NCBI GenBank assembly: GCA_963746865.1
Contig: CAVVDB010000001.1
Location: 6,432 to 70,431 of the forward strand
Length of the DNA: 64,000 bases
Origin: an uncultured Chloroflexia bacterium
GTDB taxonomy: Bacteria > Chloroflexota > Limnocylindria > Limnocylindrales > CSP1-4
Direction of reading: 5' to 3'
Under the pieces are notes generated by a model. The model was not told the origin of the DNA. It worked only from the letters and a program-made list of their open reading frames with translations, and ran no database searches. The position numbers and the translations under genes are program-made. Position 1 is the first letter of the stretch. Every line of letters starts with the position of its first letter. Below, piece by piece: positions 1 through 9,651 of the stretch.

Positions 1-2
1 AG

Positions 3-497
3 GGGCTGGGTGCGAGCCTGGACCTGATCGGGCTGACCTTCGCGATGTTCGGCCTGCCGGTCCTGCTGCTGTCGCCGTACGCCGGGCGGATCGTCGATCG
101 ACGCGGGGCCCTGGCGTTCATCGTCATCGGTTCCATCCTGCCCGCGATCACGGGGATCCTCTACACACGGATGGTCGACCCGACGCTCGCCGTCCCGCTC
201 ATCCTGGTCGAGGCGACCGGCTTCGCGATGCTCAACCCGGCTCTCTACGCGGTGGTCGCCGCGAACTCGCCGCCTGGGAAGTCGTCGACCGCGCAAGGCC
301 TGTTCGGGGCGGCGGGGACGGTCGGCTTCATCGTGGCGTCGCTGCTGACCGGGGTCCTCGCGGAATCGAACATCCTGTACCCGATGTACGTGTTCAGCGC
401 CGTGCTGACGGCCACGCTCGTCATCGGGCTGATCGTCGGGCGAGGCCACCTGTCCGGCCGAAGTCCCGCTCCGGAGTCGATGACTGCGCCCATGTGA
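3..497 (+). CDS. MFS transporter, C-terminal part (5' end lies outside the window)
   Basis: Frame is open from base 3; hydrophobic helices, MFS loop motif GRIVDRRG and a GKSSTAQGLFG-type C-half motif. Confidence 0.85.
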   Translation, partial: GLGASLDLIGLTFAMFGLPVLLLSPYAGRIVDRRGALAFIVIGSILPAITGILYTRMVDPTLAVPLILVEATGFAMLNPALYAVVAANSPPGKSSTAQGLFGAAGTVGFIVASLLTGVLAESNILYPMYVFSAVLTATLVIGLIVGRGHLSGRSPAPESMTAPM

Positions 498-577
498 CGG
501 CCCCGAGCCACGCCATGCTGGGTCTCATCGTCAGCGTCACGGGCCCCCCTGTTCGATGGTCGCCTCCCGACGCCACA

Positions 578-757
578 TGGCCAGATGCACATGCGTGGAA
601 CGTAAGGACCGGCCTACGCCCTTGGACGCGCTGGTCCAATCACTTCTGGGGCCATCCGCACGCTGAGCCAAGCGTGAGGCGGACGGTTTCGGGTCGCATC
701 ACGCGTGCCGATCAATCCCGAATCGGACCCAACGTTCCGGGGGTGTGCATCTGGCCA
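578..757. repeat. Intergenic ~180 bp element bounded by 26-bp imperfect inverted repeats
   Basis: tggccagatgcaca-N5-ggaacgt (578-603) is the reverse complement of acgttcc-N5-tgtgcatctggcca (732-757). Confidence 0.7.
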
Positions 758-782
758 CGACGGCGACGGCGGCGGCCGTGGT

Positions 783-811
783 TTGACCGAATCGCCCCGG
801 ACCCCTAGAGT
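783..811 (+). promoter_or_regulatory. Sigma70-type promoter of the tRNA
   Basis: TTGACC (783-788), 17-nt spacer, TAGAGT (806-811). Confidence 0.75.
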
Positions 812-818
812 CTGAGGT

Positions 819-893
819 CGCGGGGTGGAGCAGCGGCAGCTCGTCGGGCTCATAACCCGAAGGTCAGGGGTTCGAATCCCCTCCCCGCAACCA
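819..893 (+). tRNA. tRNA-Met(CAT), initiator (fMet)
   Basis: CGCGGGG...CCCCGCA-A-CCA with C1:A72 mismatch, anticodon CAT at 851-853 in a stem with three consecutive G:C pairs, TTCGAAT T-loop. Confidence 0.98.
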
Positions 894-908
894 AGCCGCC
901 TACACCTT

Positions 909-942
909 GAACCCCGGGCCCGACCACCCGGGGTTCTTCCTT
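909..942 (+). terminator. Intrinsic terminator downstream of the tRNA (may also serve the convergent gene)
   Basis: gaaccccggg / cccggggttc 10-bp stem followed by ttcctt. Confidence 0.7.
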
Positions 943-949
943 GTCTGGG

Positions 950-2077
950 TCACGGCCCGGGTACGACCTCGGCGTGCCGGACGGACGGCGCCTCGGCCGG
1001 CGCGAAGACGCCCCGCAGCCGTGGCCGCCAGCGCGACGCGACCGCCGTGGCCACAAGGACCGTGACCATCGCGACCAGCACCGGGCCAAGATCCATGACC
1101 CGGAAGCCGACGATCGCGACACCCCACGCGACGATCAGCCAGTGGATGACGTACATCGAGGTCACTCGCGCGCCCCAGGCGTAGACGACCGGGAGGCCGA
1201 ACCGCCCGCCGGCGCCGCGCACGACGATATCGCAGACCCAGACCCACGCGACGACGAACCCAAGGATGGCCGGCACGAGCACCGGCGGGAGGCGCCAGTA
1301 GGTCCGGTCATCGAGCGTCGTCGACGTGGCGGCGATGAGGGCGACGCCCACAGCGCACGAGGCGAGTGCGACCACCCCGGCCTGGCGCAGCACCATCGGC
1401 CGGTCTCGCGCGCGCACCATCGCATCGCCGACGACGGCACCGACGAGTGGGAAGACGGCCCACGGGAAGACGGGGTAGTAGACGTTGTCGGCGGTTGCCC
1501 AGAGCATCCCGAGGACCGCGTCGACGATCGGGATGCCGGTCGCCACGCCCTGGAGCAGCGGCGCCACGAGCACGACCCCGGCCGCGACCAGTAGCCACGC
1601 GGGGCCCACCGGCACGACCACACGAAGCGCGGCCATCAGGATGAGCGAACAACCCGCCAGCTGGAGGATATCGACCATCCACAGCAGCGAGAGGGGCGTG
1701 AACGGCGCGACCTCCTCCGACGTCACGACGCCCGTCGCCAGCCCCGCCGATAACGGGAGCGTCCCGCGCACGACGTTGAGGAGGTAGCCGGCGGCGATCA
1801 GCCAGACGCCTCGGCTTGCCAGGGACCGGAACGACGTCCGTCTCGAGAACGCCACCGAGGCGCCCATCAGGCACATGAAGACGGGCGCGGCCGGTGGTCC
1901 GCCCAGGAAACTGACGACCGTCCCGATCGGCGTCGTCCATGTGGCCGGGTCGCCCCAATGGCGCATGACATGGATGAGGATCATGAACGCGACGGCCAGG
2001 CCCCGGGCGAGGTCGAAGGCGAGGATCCGGCCGCCCGGCTCCAGGGTCTCGCCACGAGCATCGCCGCGGGTCGCCAT
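950..2077 (-). CDS. Heparan-alpha-glucosaminide N-acetyltransferase-like (DUF1624/OpgC-like) membrane acyltransferase
   Basis: N-terminal R-x3-D-x2-RG-x-A-x3-MI-x2-H motif, AAPVFMCLMG and DILQLAG segments, many TM helices. Confidence 0.8.
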   Translation of the reverse strand: MATRGDARGETLEPGGRILAFDLARGLAVAFMILIHVMRHWGDPATWTTPIGTVVSFLGGPPAAPVFMCLMGASVAFSRRTSFRSLASRGVWLIAAGYLLNVVRGTLPLSAGLATGVVTSEEVAPFTPLSLLWMVDILQLAGCSLILMAALRVVVPVGPAWLLVAAGVVLVAPLLQGVATGIPIVDAVLGMLWATADNVYYPVFPWAVFPLVGAVVGDAMVRARDRPMVLRQAGVVALASCAVGVALIAATSTTLDDRTYWRLPPVLVPAILGFVVAWVWVCDIVVRGAGGRFGLPVVYAWGARVTSMYVIHWLIVAWGVAIVGFRVMDLGPVLVAMVTVLVATAVASRWRPRLRGVFAPAEAPSVRHAEVVPGP

Positions 2078-2125
2078 TGGCGCGGAGTGTAGGGGCGACC
2101 CGCGGCGGTGGGAAGTGGTCGTTGG

Positions 2126-3404
2126 TCAGCGGGCCGTACGCTGCCAGCTCATCTCAGGATCGACGGTCGCGGGCAATTCGCGCCAGGTATTGGCCGCCAC
2201 ATCGATCACGATCGGCATGCCGGCATTGCCGGCCGGCAGCGACAGGAGCGACGTGCCGTCCGGTGACCACTCGAACCGGGACCCGTTGCTGGTCGGGACG
2301 GGGCCGACGCCGATCACCCTGCCGTCCTTGATCGAGATGATCCCGATCGAGCGGATCGTCTCCGCTTCCGTGGGAGCGTCAAGGAACCACCGATTGAAGG
2401 CGATCCGGGTCCCGTCCGGCGACACGGCAAGTTGGCCCTCGAACCAGGGGCCGGGCTCCAGCGATAGCTGCCGTGCACCGGTGCCGTCCGCATTGACGAC
2501 GTGGATCCGGTACTGCCTGGGATCAGCTGGCAGATGCTGGCCATAGACGACCATCGACCCATCGGGCGAGAACTGCCAATCGCCGATCCCAGGCCCGCCG
2601 TCGATGGAGATCTCGGCCTTGATCAGCGGCGTGACGTTCGATCCGTCGGCATCCATCAGGTACAGGCCGGCGTCGGACGTGGCTTCGCGAGAGAACAGGA
2701 TCCGCCTGCCGTCGGGTGGCTGGAAGGCGATCCCGGTCTGGAACGTGAGGACGTGCTTCACGTCGACCCGGTCGCTGTCATAGCGATCGAGCCCCTCCGG
2801 GCTCATGTTGTACACGAAACGGCTATCGGGGCTCCAGAGCAGGTCGCCCTTCTCACCGGGCAGCGGCTTGTCGGAGACGACCATCGGGTTCGATCCGTCG
2901 GCGTTGGCGACCATGACGTCGTACGCCTCCGAGCCGCCGGTGTCGTTGCAGGCGCAGGAACTCGATCCGTTGCCCGTTCGGTGAGAAGACCGGCGACGAG
3001 TCGATGCCGGGACCGGCGACGATCGTCCTGACCTCCCCGGTCACCGGATCGACCGTCATGATGTCGCTGCCCGACGTCAACGCGAGCAATCCGTTCCCGG
3101 CGACGCCGAACGGCGACGGGACGCTCTTCTGGCGGGAACCGACGAGGGCGACGGCTGCCGCGACCAGCAGGGCGATGATGACCAGCGCCACCGCGATCGA
3201 CCGGATCGGCAGGCGCGGGATGAACGTGGGTCGGCTTGCGATATCAGCCATGGGGATCCACCTTCCTGGGATGGCCCAGGCCGGCCGCTGTCGCGAGCGA
3301 GTCGCGGTGGCCAGGACCTCATCTCGATAGTCGGGGGTCGGTCCCAGGTAGAGGTCCTCGAGGATGTCGGGCAGCTGACGCTCGAAGCGAGCCGAGGTGG
3401 TCAT
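2126..3404 (-). CDS. Putative anti-sigma factor 1: cytoplasmic N-domain, TM helix, TolB/PD40 beta-propeller (one frameshift near 2950)
   Basis: ATG at 3404 overlaps the sigma stop (ATGA); MTTSARFERQLPDILEDL..RQRPAW N-terminus, TM IAVALVIIALLVAAAVALVG, repeated FSPNG/WSPDS/FSPDG/WSPDG motifs across two frames. Confidence 0.8.
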
Positions 3405-3965
3405 GCGACCTGCCCTCCGGGGACCGGCTCCGGGGCCGGGTCGGGCTCGGCCGTCACCGTCAGGCGCATCGCGGCGAGCGCGTAGTGCAGACGGGACTTG
3501 GCCGTGCCGAGCGGGATGCCGAGGGACGCCGCCACTTCCTGCAGCGGCATCCCGAGGAGGTAGTACATCGCGACGACCGCACGATGACCGGGGTCGAGAC
3601 GCCGAAGCGCCCCATCGACCAGGTCGCGGTCGGCCAGCGCGCCCGACAGGTCGGATTGCACCGGCGAGTCGATGCGGCGTGATCTCGACCTCGACCGGGC
3701 GCCGTCGTCGGCGTCGGGCCAGATCGAGACAGGCGTTGACGGTCAGTCGGCGCAGCCAGGCATCGAACCGCTCGGGGTCGCGGAGACCCGGCAGGTCGCG
3801 CCAGGCGCGGATGAGGGCTTCCTGGACCGCGTCGCGCGCGAGCTCCGGGTCCCGGAGGATGAGGCGGGCGGCCGCGTCCAGCCGCGCGAGGGCAGGGTCG
3901 ACCAGTCCGGCGAAGGCGTCATGATCGCCTCGCCTCGCGCGGTCGACAAGCTCTCGCTGGTCCAC
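3401..3965 (-). CDS. ECF RNA polymerase sigma factor 1 (frameshift near 3670)
   Basis: Region 2 (ARDAVQEALIRAWR..FDAWLRRLTVNACLD) in ORF 2853..3965; region 4 (LQEVAASLGIPLGTAKSRLHYA) in ORF 3401..3661. Confidence 0.9.
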
Positions 3966-4010
3966 GGTCGCCTCGACTGTGCCACGACCTGGGCGGTCGT
4001 GTTCGACAGG

Positions 4011-4040
4011 GTATGGCGTCGCCGTCAGGCGAAAGGTTCA
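4011..4040 (-). promoter_or_regulatory. Putative ECF-type (autoregulatory) promoter of cassette 1
   Basis: TGAACC-N16-CGCCATAC upstream of the sigma gene; similar motif upstream of the other two ECF genes. Confidence 0.55.
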
Positions 4041-4074
4041 CTGACGCCCGCCGTCACCCGCCCTGACTCGTCGA

Positions 4075-4249
4075 ATATCGACACCATCGCTCGCTGCGGG
4101 GGTTGGGAGCCGATAGTGCAGGGTCCGTACCGCCGCGTACGAGCGGCCATGCACGGATCGCGCTTGTCAGACTCGGGAGGTCACCCGAAACGGGCTGCGT
4201 GAACACCGTGACGGACCCACAGCCGCCCGGATAGCGATGGCGTCGATAT
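4075..4249. repeat. Intergenic ~175 bp element bounded by inverted repeats
   Basis: atatcgacaccatcgct (4075-4091) versus agcgatggcgtcgatat (4233-4249), 16/17 complementary. Confidence 0.7.
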
Positions 4250-4268
4250 CGGCAGGCGGAGGGCCTAC

Positions 4269-5906
4269 CTAGACTTTGGCGCGATCCTTGAGGATCCGCT
4301 CGGCCGCCAGCTTGCCCGGCGCGCCCATCACGCAGCCACCCGGGTGCGTTCCAGAACCGCACTGGTAGTAGCCGTCGATCGGGGTGCGGTACTGGCTCCA
4401 GCCCGGCGCCGGCCGGAAGAAGTACATCTGCGGGGCCAGGAACTCGCCGGCAAAGATGTTGCCTTCCGACAGGCCGACCGTCCGCTCGATGTCGAGCGGG
4501 GTCCGGATCTCGCGCTGGAGGACCAGGTCGCCGAACCCAGGGAAGAACGACTCGAGCGTCGCCTGGACGGTGTCCCCGAACCCTTCCTTCTCGGTGTCCC
4601 AGTCGCTCCCGCGCAGGTGATACGGGGCGTACTGGATGAAACAGCTGAGGACCGCCTTGCCGGGCGGCGCCATGTCCGGGTCGACCATCGACTGGACGGC
4701 GCAGTCGATGTACGGCCGCTTCGAATACCAGCCGTATTTCCCGTCGTCGTACGCGCGCTCGAGGTACTCCATCGACGGCCCGATGTTGGTGAACCCGCGG
4801 TACTGGTCGGTCCGATCGCCGAGCGCCGGGAACCGTGGTGGCGCGTCGAGGGCGAAGTTGACCTTGGCCGATGTGCCCTGGAAGCGGAAGCGCTCGATCG
4901 TGTCGACCAGGTCGGTCGGGAGCTCGCGCGGTTCGACGAGCTCGAGGAATGTCCGCCGCGGGTCGAGCGCCGAAACGACGACAGGGGCGTAGAACTCCGT
5001 GCCGTCGTCGAGGGCCACGCCGGTCGCCCGGCCGTTCTTGGTGATGACGTTGGCGACCGGCGACTCGAGCCGGATCTCGGCGCCAAGGGCCCGCGCGGCC
5101 CGGGCCAGGACCTGGGTGAACCCGCCGTTGCCGCCCTTGTGGAACGACCAGGCCCCGAACTCGCCGTCGTGCTCGCCGAGGATGTGGTACAGCAGGACGA
5201 GCCCGGAGCCCTGTGAGTACGGCCCGACCTTGGTGCCGATGATCGCCGACGAGGCCAGGTACCCCTTGAGGATGTCCGACTCGAAGTAGTCGTCGAGGAA
5301 GTCCGCGACCGACCCGGTCAGCAAGCGCACGGCGTCGTGGAGGACCTTCTTGTCGAGCTTGCGGAAGCGCTGGCCGAGCATCGCCAGGGCGACGAGCTCC
5401 TCGGGGTCGTCGCTGAAGAGGTCGGGCGGCGCCTGGTCGAGGAGCGGCTTGATCGCCTGGAGCACCTTGTTGACGTCGTGGTTGAAGGCGTCGTAGGCGT
5501 CCGCGTCATGCGGACTGTGGCGGGCGATCTCCTTGAGGTTTTCGCCATGATCCTGCCCGAGGAGCAGGTAGTCGCCGTCCTCCTTCGGGCAGAAGGTGGT
5601 CGGCATCAGGATCGGCATGAAACCGTGCTTGACGAGATCGAGGTCCTGGACGATCTCCGGCCGAAGCAGGCTGAGCGCGTACGAGAAGGTCGTGAACCAG
5701 AACCCCGGCCGCAGCTCCTCGGTGATGGCCGCTCCGCCGACGAGGTGTCGTCGCTCGAGCACGAGCGTGCGCAGGCCGGCCCGGGCGAGGTAGGCGCCGT
5801 TGGTCAGGCCGTTGTGGCCGCCGCCGATGACGATCGCGTCGTAGGTGCGATCGGCCTTGGTGGACCGCGGGGCCGGCTTCTTCGGGGGCTTCGGAGTCTT
5901 CGGCAT
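4269..5906 (-). CDS. Phytoene dehydrogenase-like NAD(P)/FAD-dependent oxidoreductase
   Basis: YDAIVIGGGHNGL dinucleotide fold, LERR..GGAA, C-terminal YRTPIDGYYQCGSGTHPGG. Confidence 0.88.
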   Translation of the reverse strand: MPKTPKPPKKPAPRSTKADRTYDAIVIGGGHNGLTNGAYLARAGLRTLVLERRHLVGGAAITEELRPGFWFTTFSYALSLLRPEIVQDLDLVKHGFMPILMPTTFCPKEDGDYLLLGQDHGENLKEIARHSPHDADAYDAFNHDVNKVLQAIKPLLDQAPPDLFSDDPEELVALAMLGQRFRKLDKKVLHDAVRLLTGSVADFLDDYFESDILKGYLASSAIIGTKVGPYSQGSGLVLLYHILGEHDGEFGAWSFHKGGNGGFTQVLARAARALGAEIRLESPVANVITKNGRATGVALDDGTEFYAPVVVSALDPRRTFLELVEPRELPTDLVDTIERFRFQGTSAKVNFALDAPPRFPALGDRTDQYRGFTNIGPSMEYLERAYDDGKYGWYSKRPYIDCAVQSMVDPDMAPPGKAVLSCFIQYAPYHLRGSDWDTEKEGFGDTVQATLESFFPGFGDLVLQREIRTPLDIERTVGLSEGNIFAGEFLAPQMYFFRPAPGWSQYRTPIDGYYQCGSGTHPGGCVMGAPGKLAAERILKDRAKV

Positions 5907-5907
5907 G

Positions 5908-7110
5908 TCAGGCGGTCCTTCGCTCGGGGTTGAACAGGGGTGTCCGGGCCACCACGGCATCGAAGTACTCGTAGCGGTGATTGACCGCCATCTCGAGCTT
6001 CACGCGTGACCCCGGCGCCGCCCGGTCCAACGGCACGCGGGCGAGCGCGATGTGGCGTTGGAGCATCGGCGAGTACATCTGGCTGGTCGCGTAGCCGAGC
6101 TGGTTCAGGTCGTCGTCGTAGATGTAGTACTCGTCCTGGATCGGGGTGTGGTCCTTGGGCGGGATGAGCCCGGCTTCGTCGTAGATCCGGTCGTACTCGC
6201 GCCAGTCCACGACGAGGCCACTGAGCTTCCACCGCGACGTCCGGTGCTTGAGCTCACGCCGGATCGCGTCGCGACCGATGAACTGGCGGTCGCCGGCGTC
6301 GATGTCGCGGACCATCCAGCCGAGCCCGAGTTCGATCGGCGTCGTCCGGTCGGCGTCGGTCCACGCGAATCGACTGTTGTGGAAGTCGACGTCGAGGAGG
6401 ACGAGTCCGGCCTCGATGCGGGCCATGTACAGGGCGGTCAGGCCGATCGGCACGACCCCCTGGCCGCGGCTGGCGGCCCAGACCGCGTCCCAGACCGCGA
6501 GCGCGTTGCGCGCCGGGATCCAGAGCTCGAAGCCGAGGTCGCCGGTGAAGCCGGTCCGCGAGACGTGGACCGGGACCTTGCCGACCATGGCCTCGGCCGA
6601 CGCCGAAGTAGGGCAGGTCGCGTGACGACCGGGGTCAGGCGTGGCGAGGATCGCGCGCGAGCGGGGGCCCTGCACGGCGAGGACGGCCCACGCATCGGAG
6701 ACATCCTCGATGGCGACATCGAGCCGACCGACGAGACCCTCGAAGTAGGCGAGGTTCGGCTCCGCCGCGGTGAGCACGAACTCGTCGGGCCCGAACCGGA
6801 GGACGACGCCGTCCTCGACGATGAACCCGCGGTCGTCGCACCAGACCGTGTACTGAGCGTGGCCCGGGGCGCACGTCCGGATGTCGCGGGTCAGGACGCC
6901 GGCCAGGAAGCGCTCGGCGTCCGGGCCGGCGATCCGGTACTTGTACAGCGGCGACGAGTCGAACAGGCCGGCGCTGTTGCGGATCGCGAAGTACTCGAAC
7001 TTCTCGGACATCTGGTAGCGGGTCGCCGCCAGCGTGTTCGACCAGTGCTCCCAGAGGCCCGTCTCGTTGAGCGCGGTCAGGCGCTTGTGGAAGGGCGACG
7101 TTCGGATCAT
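5908..7110 (-). CDS. Aminomethyltransferase (GcvT-family, THF-dependent) protein
   Basis: IRNSAGLFDSS, AVQGPRS, SRTGFTGDLGFEL and ARIEAG motifs; short out-of-frame patch near 6600-6640. Confidence 0.88.
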   Translation of the reverse strand: MIRTSPFHKRLTALNETGLWEHWSNTLAATRYQMSEKFEYFAIRNSAGLFDSSPLYKYRIAGPDAERFLAGVLTRDIRTCAPGHAQYTVWCDDRGFIVEDGVVLRFGPDEFVLTAAEPNLAYFEGLVGRLDVAIEDVSDAWAVLAVQGPRSRAILATPDPGRHATCPTSASAEAMVGKVPVHVSRTGFTGDLGFELWIPARNALAVWDAVWAASRGQGVVPIGLTALYMARIEAGLVLLDVDFHNSRFAWTDADRTTPIELGLGWMVRDIDAGDRQFIGRDAIRRELKHRTSRWKLSGLVVDWREYDRIYDEAGLIPPKDHTPIQDEYYIYDDDLNQLGYATSQMYSPMLQRHIALARVPLDRAAPGSRVKLEMAVNHRYEYFDAVVARTPLFNPERRTA

Positions 7111-7230
7111 GGCCGAGACGATACGGGAGCCGCGCCGGCGCGGAGCGGGTGGCGTCTCGCCGGGCGAGCCAGCCGACGTGAACGGCTCAGTGTCGAGTCC
7201 CGGCGGCAGGACGCCGCCGGAACGTCGGAC

Positions 7231-8523
7231 TCAGGGTGCGAGACGCTGCCAGGCGGGACTGCTGCTCGTGGTCCAGGGCATGGTCCTGGACTTGCCGGTC
7301 AGTGGGTCCAGGAGCACCTGCGGCATGGCCCGCCCGGAGGCGTCCGCGGGATTTCCCAGGACGGAGGTGTCATCGGGCGCCCATTCCCAGGATGTGCAGC
7401 ATCCGCCATCGATGGCGCCCGGGACGTCGGTCTCGACTCCGAGGCTGCTCCCGTCCGCGGGGACGATGACGACCCGGACATCCTCGAAATCGTCCGTGTA
7501 GCCGCGACGGCTGATCAGCCACGACCCGTCGTTGGACCAGGCGTCCGGCGCTTCCCACACGGCACCGGGATGCGTCGGGGACGGTCGATCGCCGCTCCCG
7601 TCGGCTGCGACGACATGGCTGATCGGCCGTCCCGAGCCCGACTCGACCCATTCGTAGTAGGCGATGTGCGATCCGTCCGGCGACCACAGCGCTTCGGTGG
7701 GATGTCGCCCGGGAGCGGGCTCGCGGATCGTTCGGACGGTGCCGCTGTCGACATCGACCGCGTACAGGCCCTGGCTCACATCGTCCAACAGGAGGCCGCC
7801 GCGGAACAGGATCTCGGCACCGTCAGGCGGTCGCCATGAGGCCAAAGAAACCGGGAGACCCGGGTCGAGCCGGCGGATGCCGCTGCCATCGACCTTCGCG
7901 ATGAACAGTTCCCCGATCGGCTCGGGCCCCACCACGAGGATCTCCGTTCCGTCCGGGGAGAAGGCGTAGCCTGCGATGCCTGCGATCGGCTCCGGGGTCA
8001 CCGTCGTGAGCCGAGTCCCATCCGCGTTGGCGACAACGAGCTGCCCGGGACTGGCCTCGTCGTCCAGCTGCTTTCGCTCGAACACGAACCGCGTGCCGTC
8101 ACGCGACCAGACGGGCCGCAGGTCGATGGCTGGCCCGGTCACGACCGCCACGGACGTGCCGGTGGCGGGATCGGCCGTGTAGATGTCTCCATCCTTGACG
8201 TAGGCCACGAGGCCGTTCCGGGCTTGCCCGAACGGCGCCGGGACGCGACGCTGCGAGCCGATCACGAAGGCCAGACTCGCGATGAGGAGCAGGAGGATCA
8301 GGGTCGCCGCCGCGATCGGTCGCCACGGCACCTGCCGGACGAACGCGGGCTGACGGGCGATGTCAACCACGGGGAGCCACCTTTCAAGGAGGGTCCAGGC
8401 CGGCCGCTGGCGGGTGCGAGCGGTCAGCCCGAGAAGGTCGTCGAAGTAGTCGGGCGTGTGGGGCTGCGAGATCTCGTCGAGGATCGCCGGGAGGTGCCGT
8501 TCGAAGCGATCGGTCGGCATCAT
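7231..8523 (-). CDS. Putative anti-sigma factor 2: N-domain, TM helix, TolB/PD40 beta-propeller
   Basis: ATG at 8523 overlaps the sigma stop; MMPTDRFERHLPAILDEI..RQRPAW, TM helix, WSRDG/FSPDG/WSPDG/WSNDG repeats; paralog of 2126..3404. Confidence 0.85.
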   Translation of the reverse strand: MMPTDRFERHLPAILDEISQPHTPDYFDDLLGLTARTRQRPAWTLLERWLPVVDIARQPAFVRQVPWRPIAAATLILLLLIASLAFVIGSQRRVPAPFGQARNGLVAYVKDGDIYTADPATGTSVAVVTGPAIDLRPVWSRDGTRFVFERKQLDDEASPGQLVVANADGTRLTTVTPEPIAGIAGYAFSPDGTEILVVGPEPIGELFIAKVDGSGIRRLDPGLPVSLASWRPPDGAEILFRGGLLLDDVSQGLYAVDVDSGTVRTIREPAPGRHPTEALWSPDGSHIAYYEWVESGSGRPISHVVAADGSGDRPSPTHPGAVWEAPDAWSNDGSWLISRRGYTDDFEDVRVVIVPADGSSLGVETDVPGAIDGGCCTSWEWAPDDTSVLGNPADASGRAMPQVLLDPLTGKSRTMPWTTSSSPAWQRLAP

Positions 8524-9084
8524 GCGAGCTGCCCTCCCGGGATCGCGGCCGTCGTCCTTGTCTCGTCGACCAGGATCGCGGCGCGCATCGTGCTCAGCGA
8601 TCGATGCAGGCGGGATTTGGCCGTCCCCAGTGGGATCCCCAGGGTGGCGGCCACGTCGGGCAGTGGCATCCCGAGGAAGTAATGCATCACCACGATGGCG
8701 CGCCATTCGGGGTCGAGGTGCCGGAGCGCCTTGTCTACGACGTCACGGTCGACGATCAACGACGCGAAATCGGCGACGGCCGGACCGTCGATCGGGGTCA
8801 GTTCGACCTCGATCGCCCGGTGCCGGCGGCGACGCAGCGATGTCGATGCAGGAGTCGACCACGAGCCGGCGCAGCCAGGCGTCGAACCGGTCCGGGTCGC
8901 GAAGCGCCGGCAGGGTCCGCCAGGCGCGGACGAATCCATCCTGGACCGCGTCGCGCGCGAGCTCCGGGTCCCGGAGGATCAGTCGAGCCGCCGCGTCCAG
9001 CCGCGCGATGGCCGCGCCGGCAAGCGTCGCGAAGGCGTCATGATCGCCTCGCTTGGCCCGCTCGACGAGGTCTCGCTGGTCCAC
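8520..9084 (-). CDS. ECF RNA polymerase sigma factor 2 (frameshift near 8840)
   Basis: Region 2 in ORF 8743..9084 and region 4 (LPDVAATLGIPLGTAKSRLHRS) in ORF 8520..8939; close paralog of sigma 1. Confidence 0.9.
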
Positions 9085-9128
9085 GACAGCCCCAGGTCTC
9101 GGCGCGGCCGTCTGGTCGCGCTCTGATG

Positions 9129-9158
9129 GTATGCCGTCCTTCCGCGATGAATCGTTCC
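9129..9158 (-). promoter_or_regulatory. Putative ECF-type promoter of cassette 2
   Basis: GGAACG-N16-CGGCATAC. Confidence 0.55.
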
Positions 9159-9360
9159 CGGGCAGGCCGGCGGCGGGGTCGGGAGCGACCGCCCTGGTGA
9201 AGCCCGCGCAACTGGCGCGGTCACATCCTATGAGTGGTCCGTTCGGCCCGAACGTTCATGCGTACTCCACATTGACGCGCCGCGCCCGCTACGCCTAGGC
9301 TCCCGCTGAGGGCGCCGCGCCACATGTGCGGGGTAGCCGAGGGATGGAGGGAACTCACCG

Positions 9361-9615
9361 ATGATTCGGCGGATCACAGGGATCATCCTTGGCGTGCTGG
9401 CATTCTTCCTCGTGTATTGGGTCACCGGCCTCGGGACGCCGTCCCAACCGAACTGGGCGCTTGCCGCTCTAATCGGGCTGGTGGTGGCACTCATCTGGCC
9501 GTGGCTCTTCGGGCTGTACGCGGTCCGGCGCGTTCGGAACAAGCGCCAGAACGAGATCGACGAAGAGGTCCAAAAGCAGCTCGCCGAGCAGCAGAACAAC
9601 CCACCAGCTTCCTGA
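9361..9615 (+). CDS. Small membrane protein (2 TM helices, charged C-tail)
   Basis: GGAGG RBS; possible TTGACG-N18-TAGGCT promoter at 9272-9301; two hydrophobic helices. Confidence 0.7.
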   Translation: MIRRITGIILGVLAFFLVYWVTGLGTPSQPNWALAALIGLVVALIWPWLFGLYAVRRVRNKRQNEIDEEVQKQLAEQQNNPPAS

Positions 9616-9651
9616 TCTTCCGGCCTCGCGTGCAGGAGGCCTGATCGGCGC

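Noticed and set aside
2853-3965. Apparent sigma region 2 / anti-sigma fusion ORF
   Set aside because: Created by a 1-nt indel near 3670; the intact cassette at 39497-40872 shows two genes with an ATGA overlap.
3660-8850. Programmed frameshifting or phase variation in ECF sigmas 1 and 2
   Set aside because: The breaks are at different codons, have no slippery or homopolymer site, and match the window-wide indel background.
819-9200. tRNA-anchored integrative element
   Set aside because: No integrase and no duplicated tRNA 3' end were seen; a terminator follows the tRNA directly.
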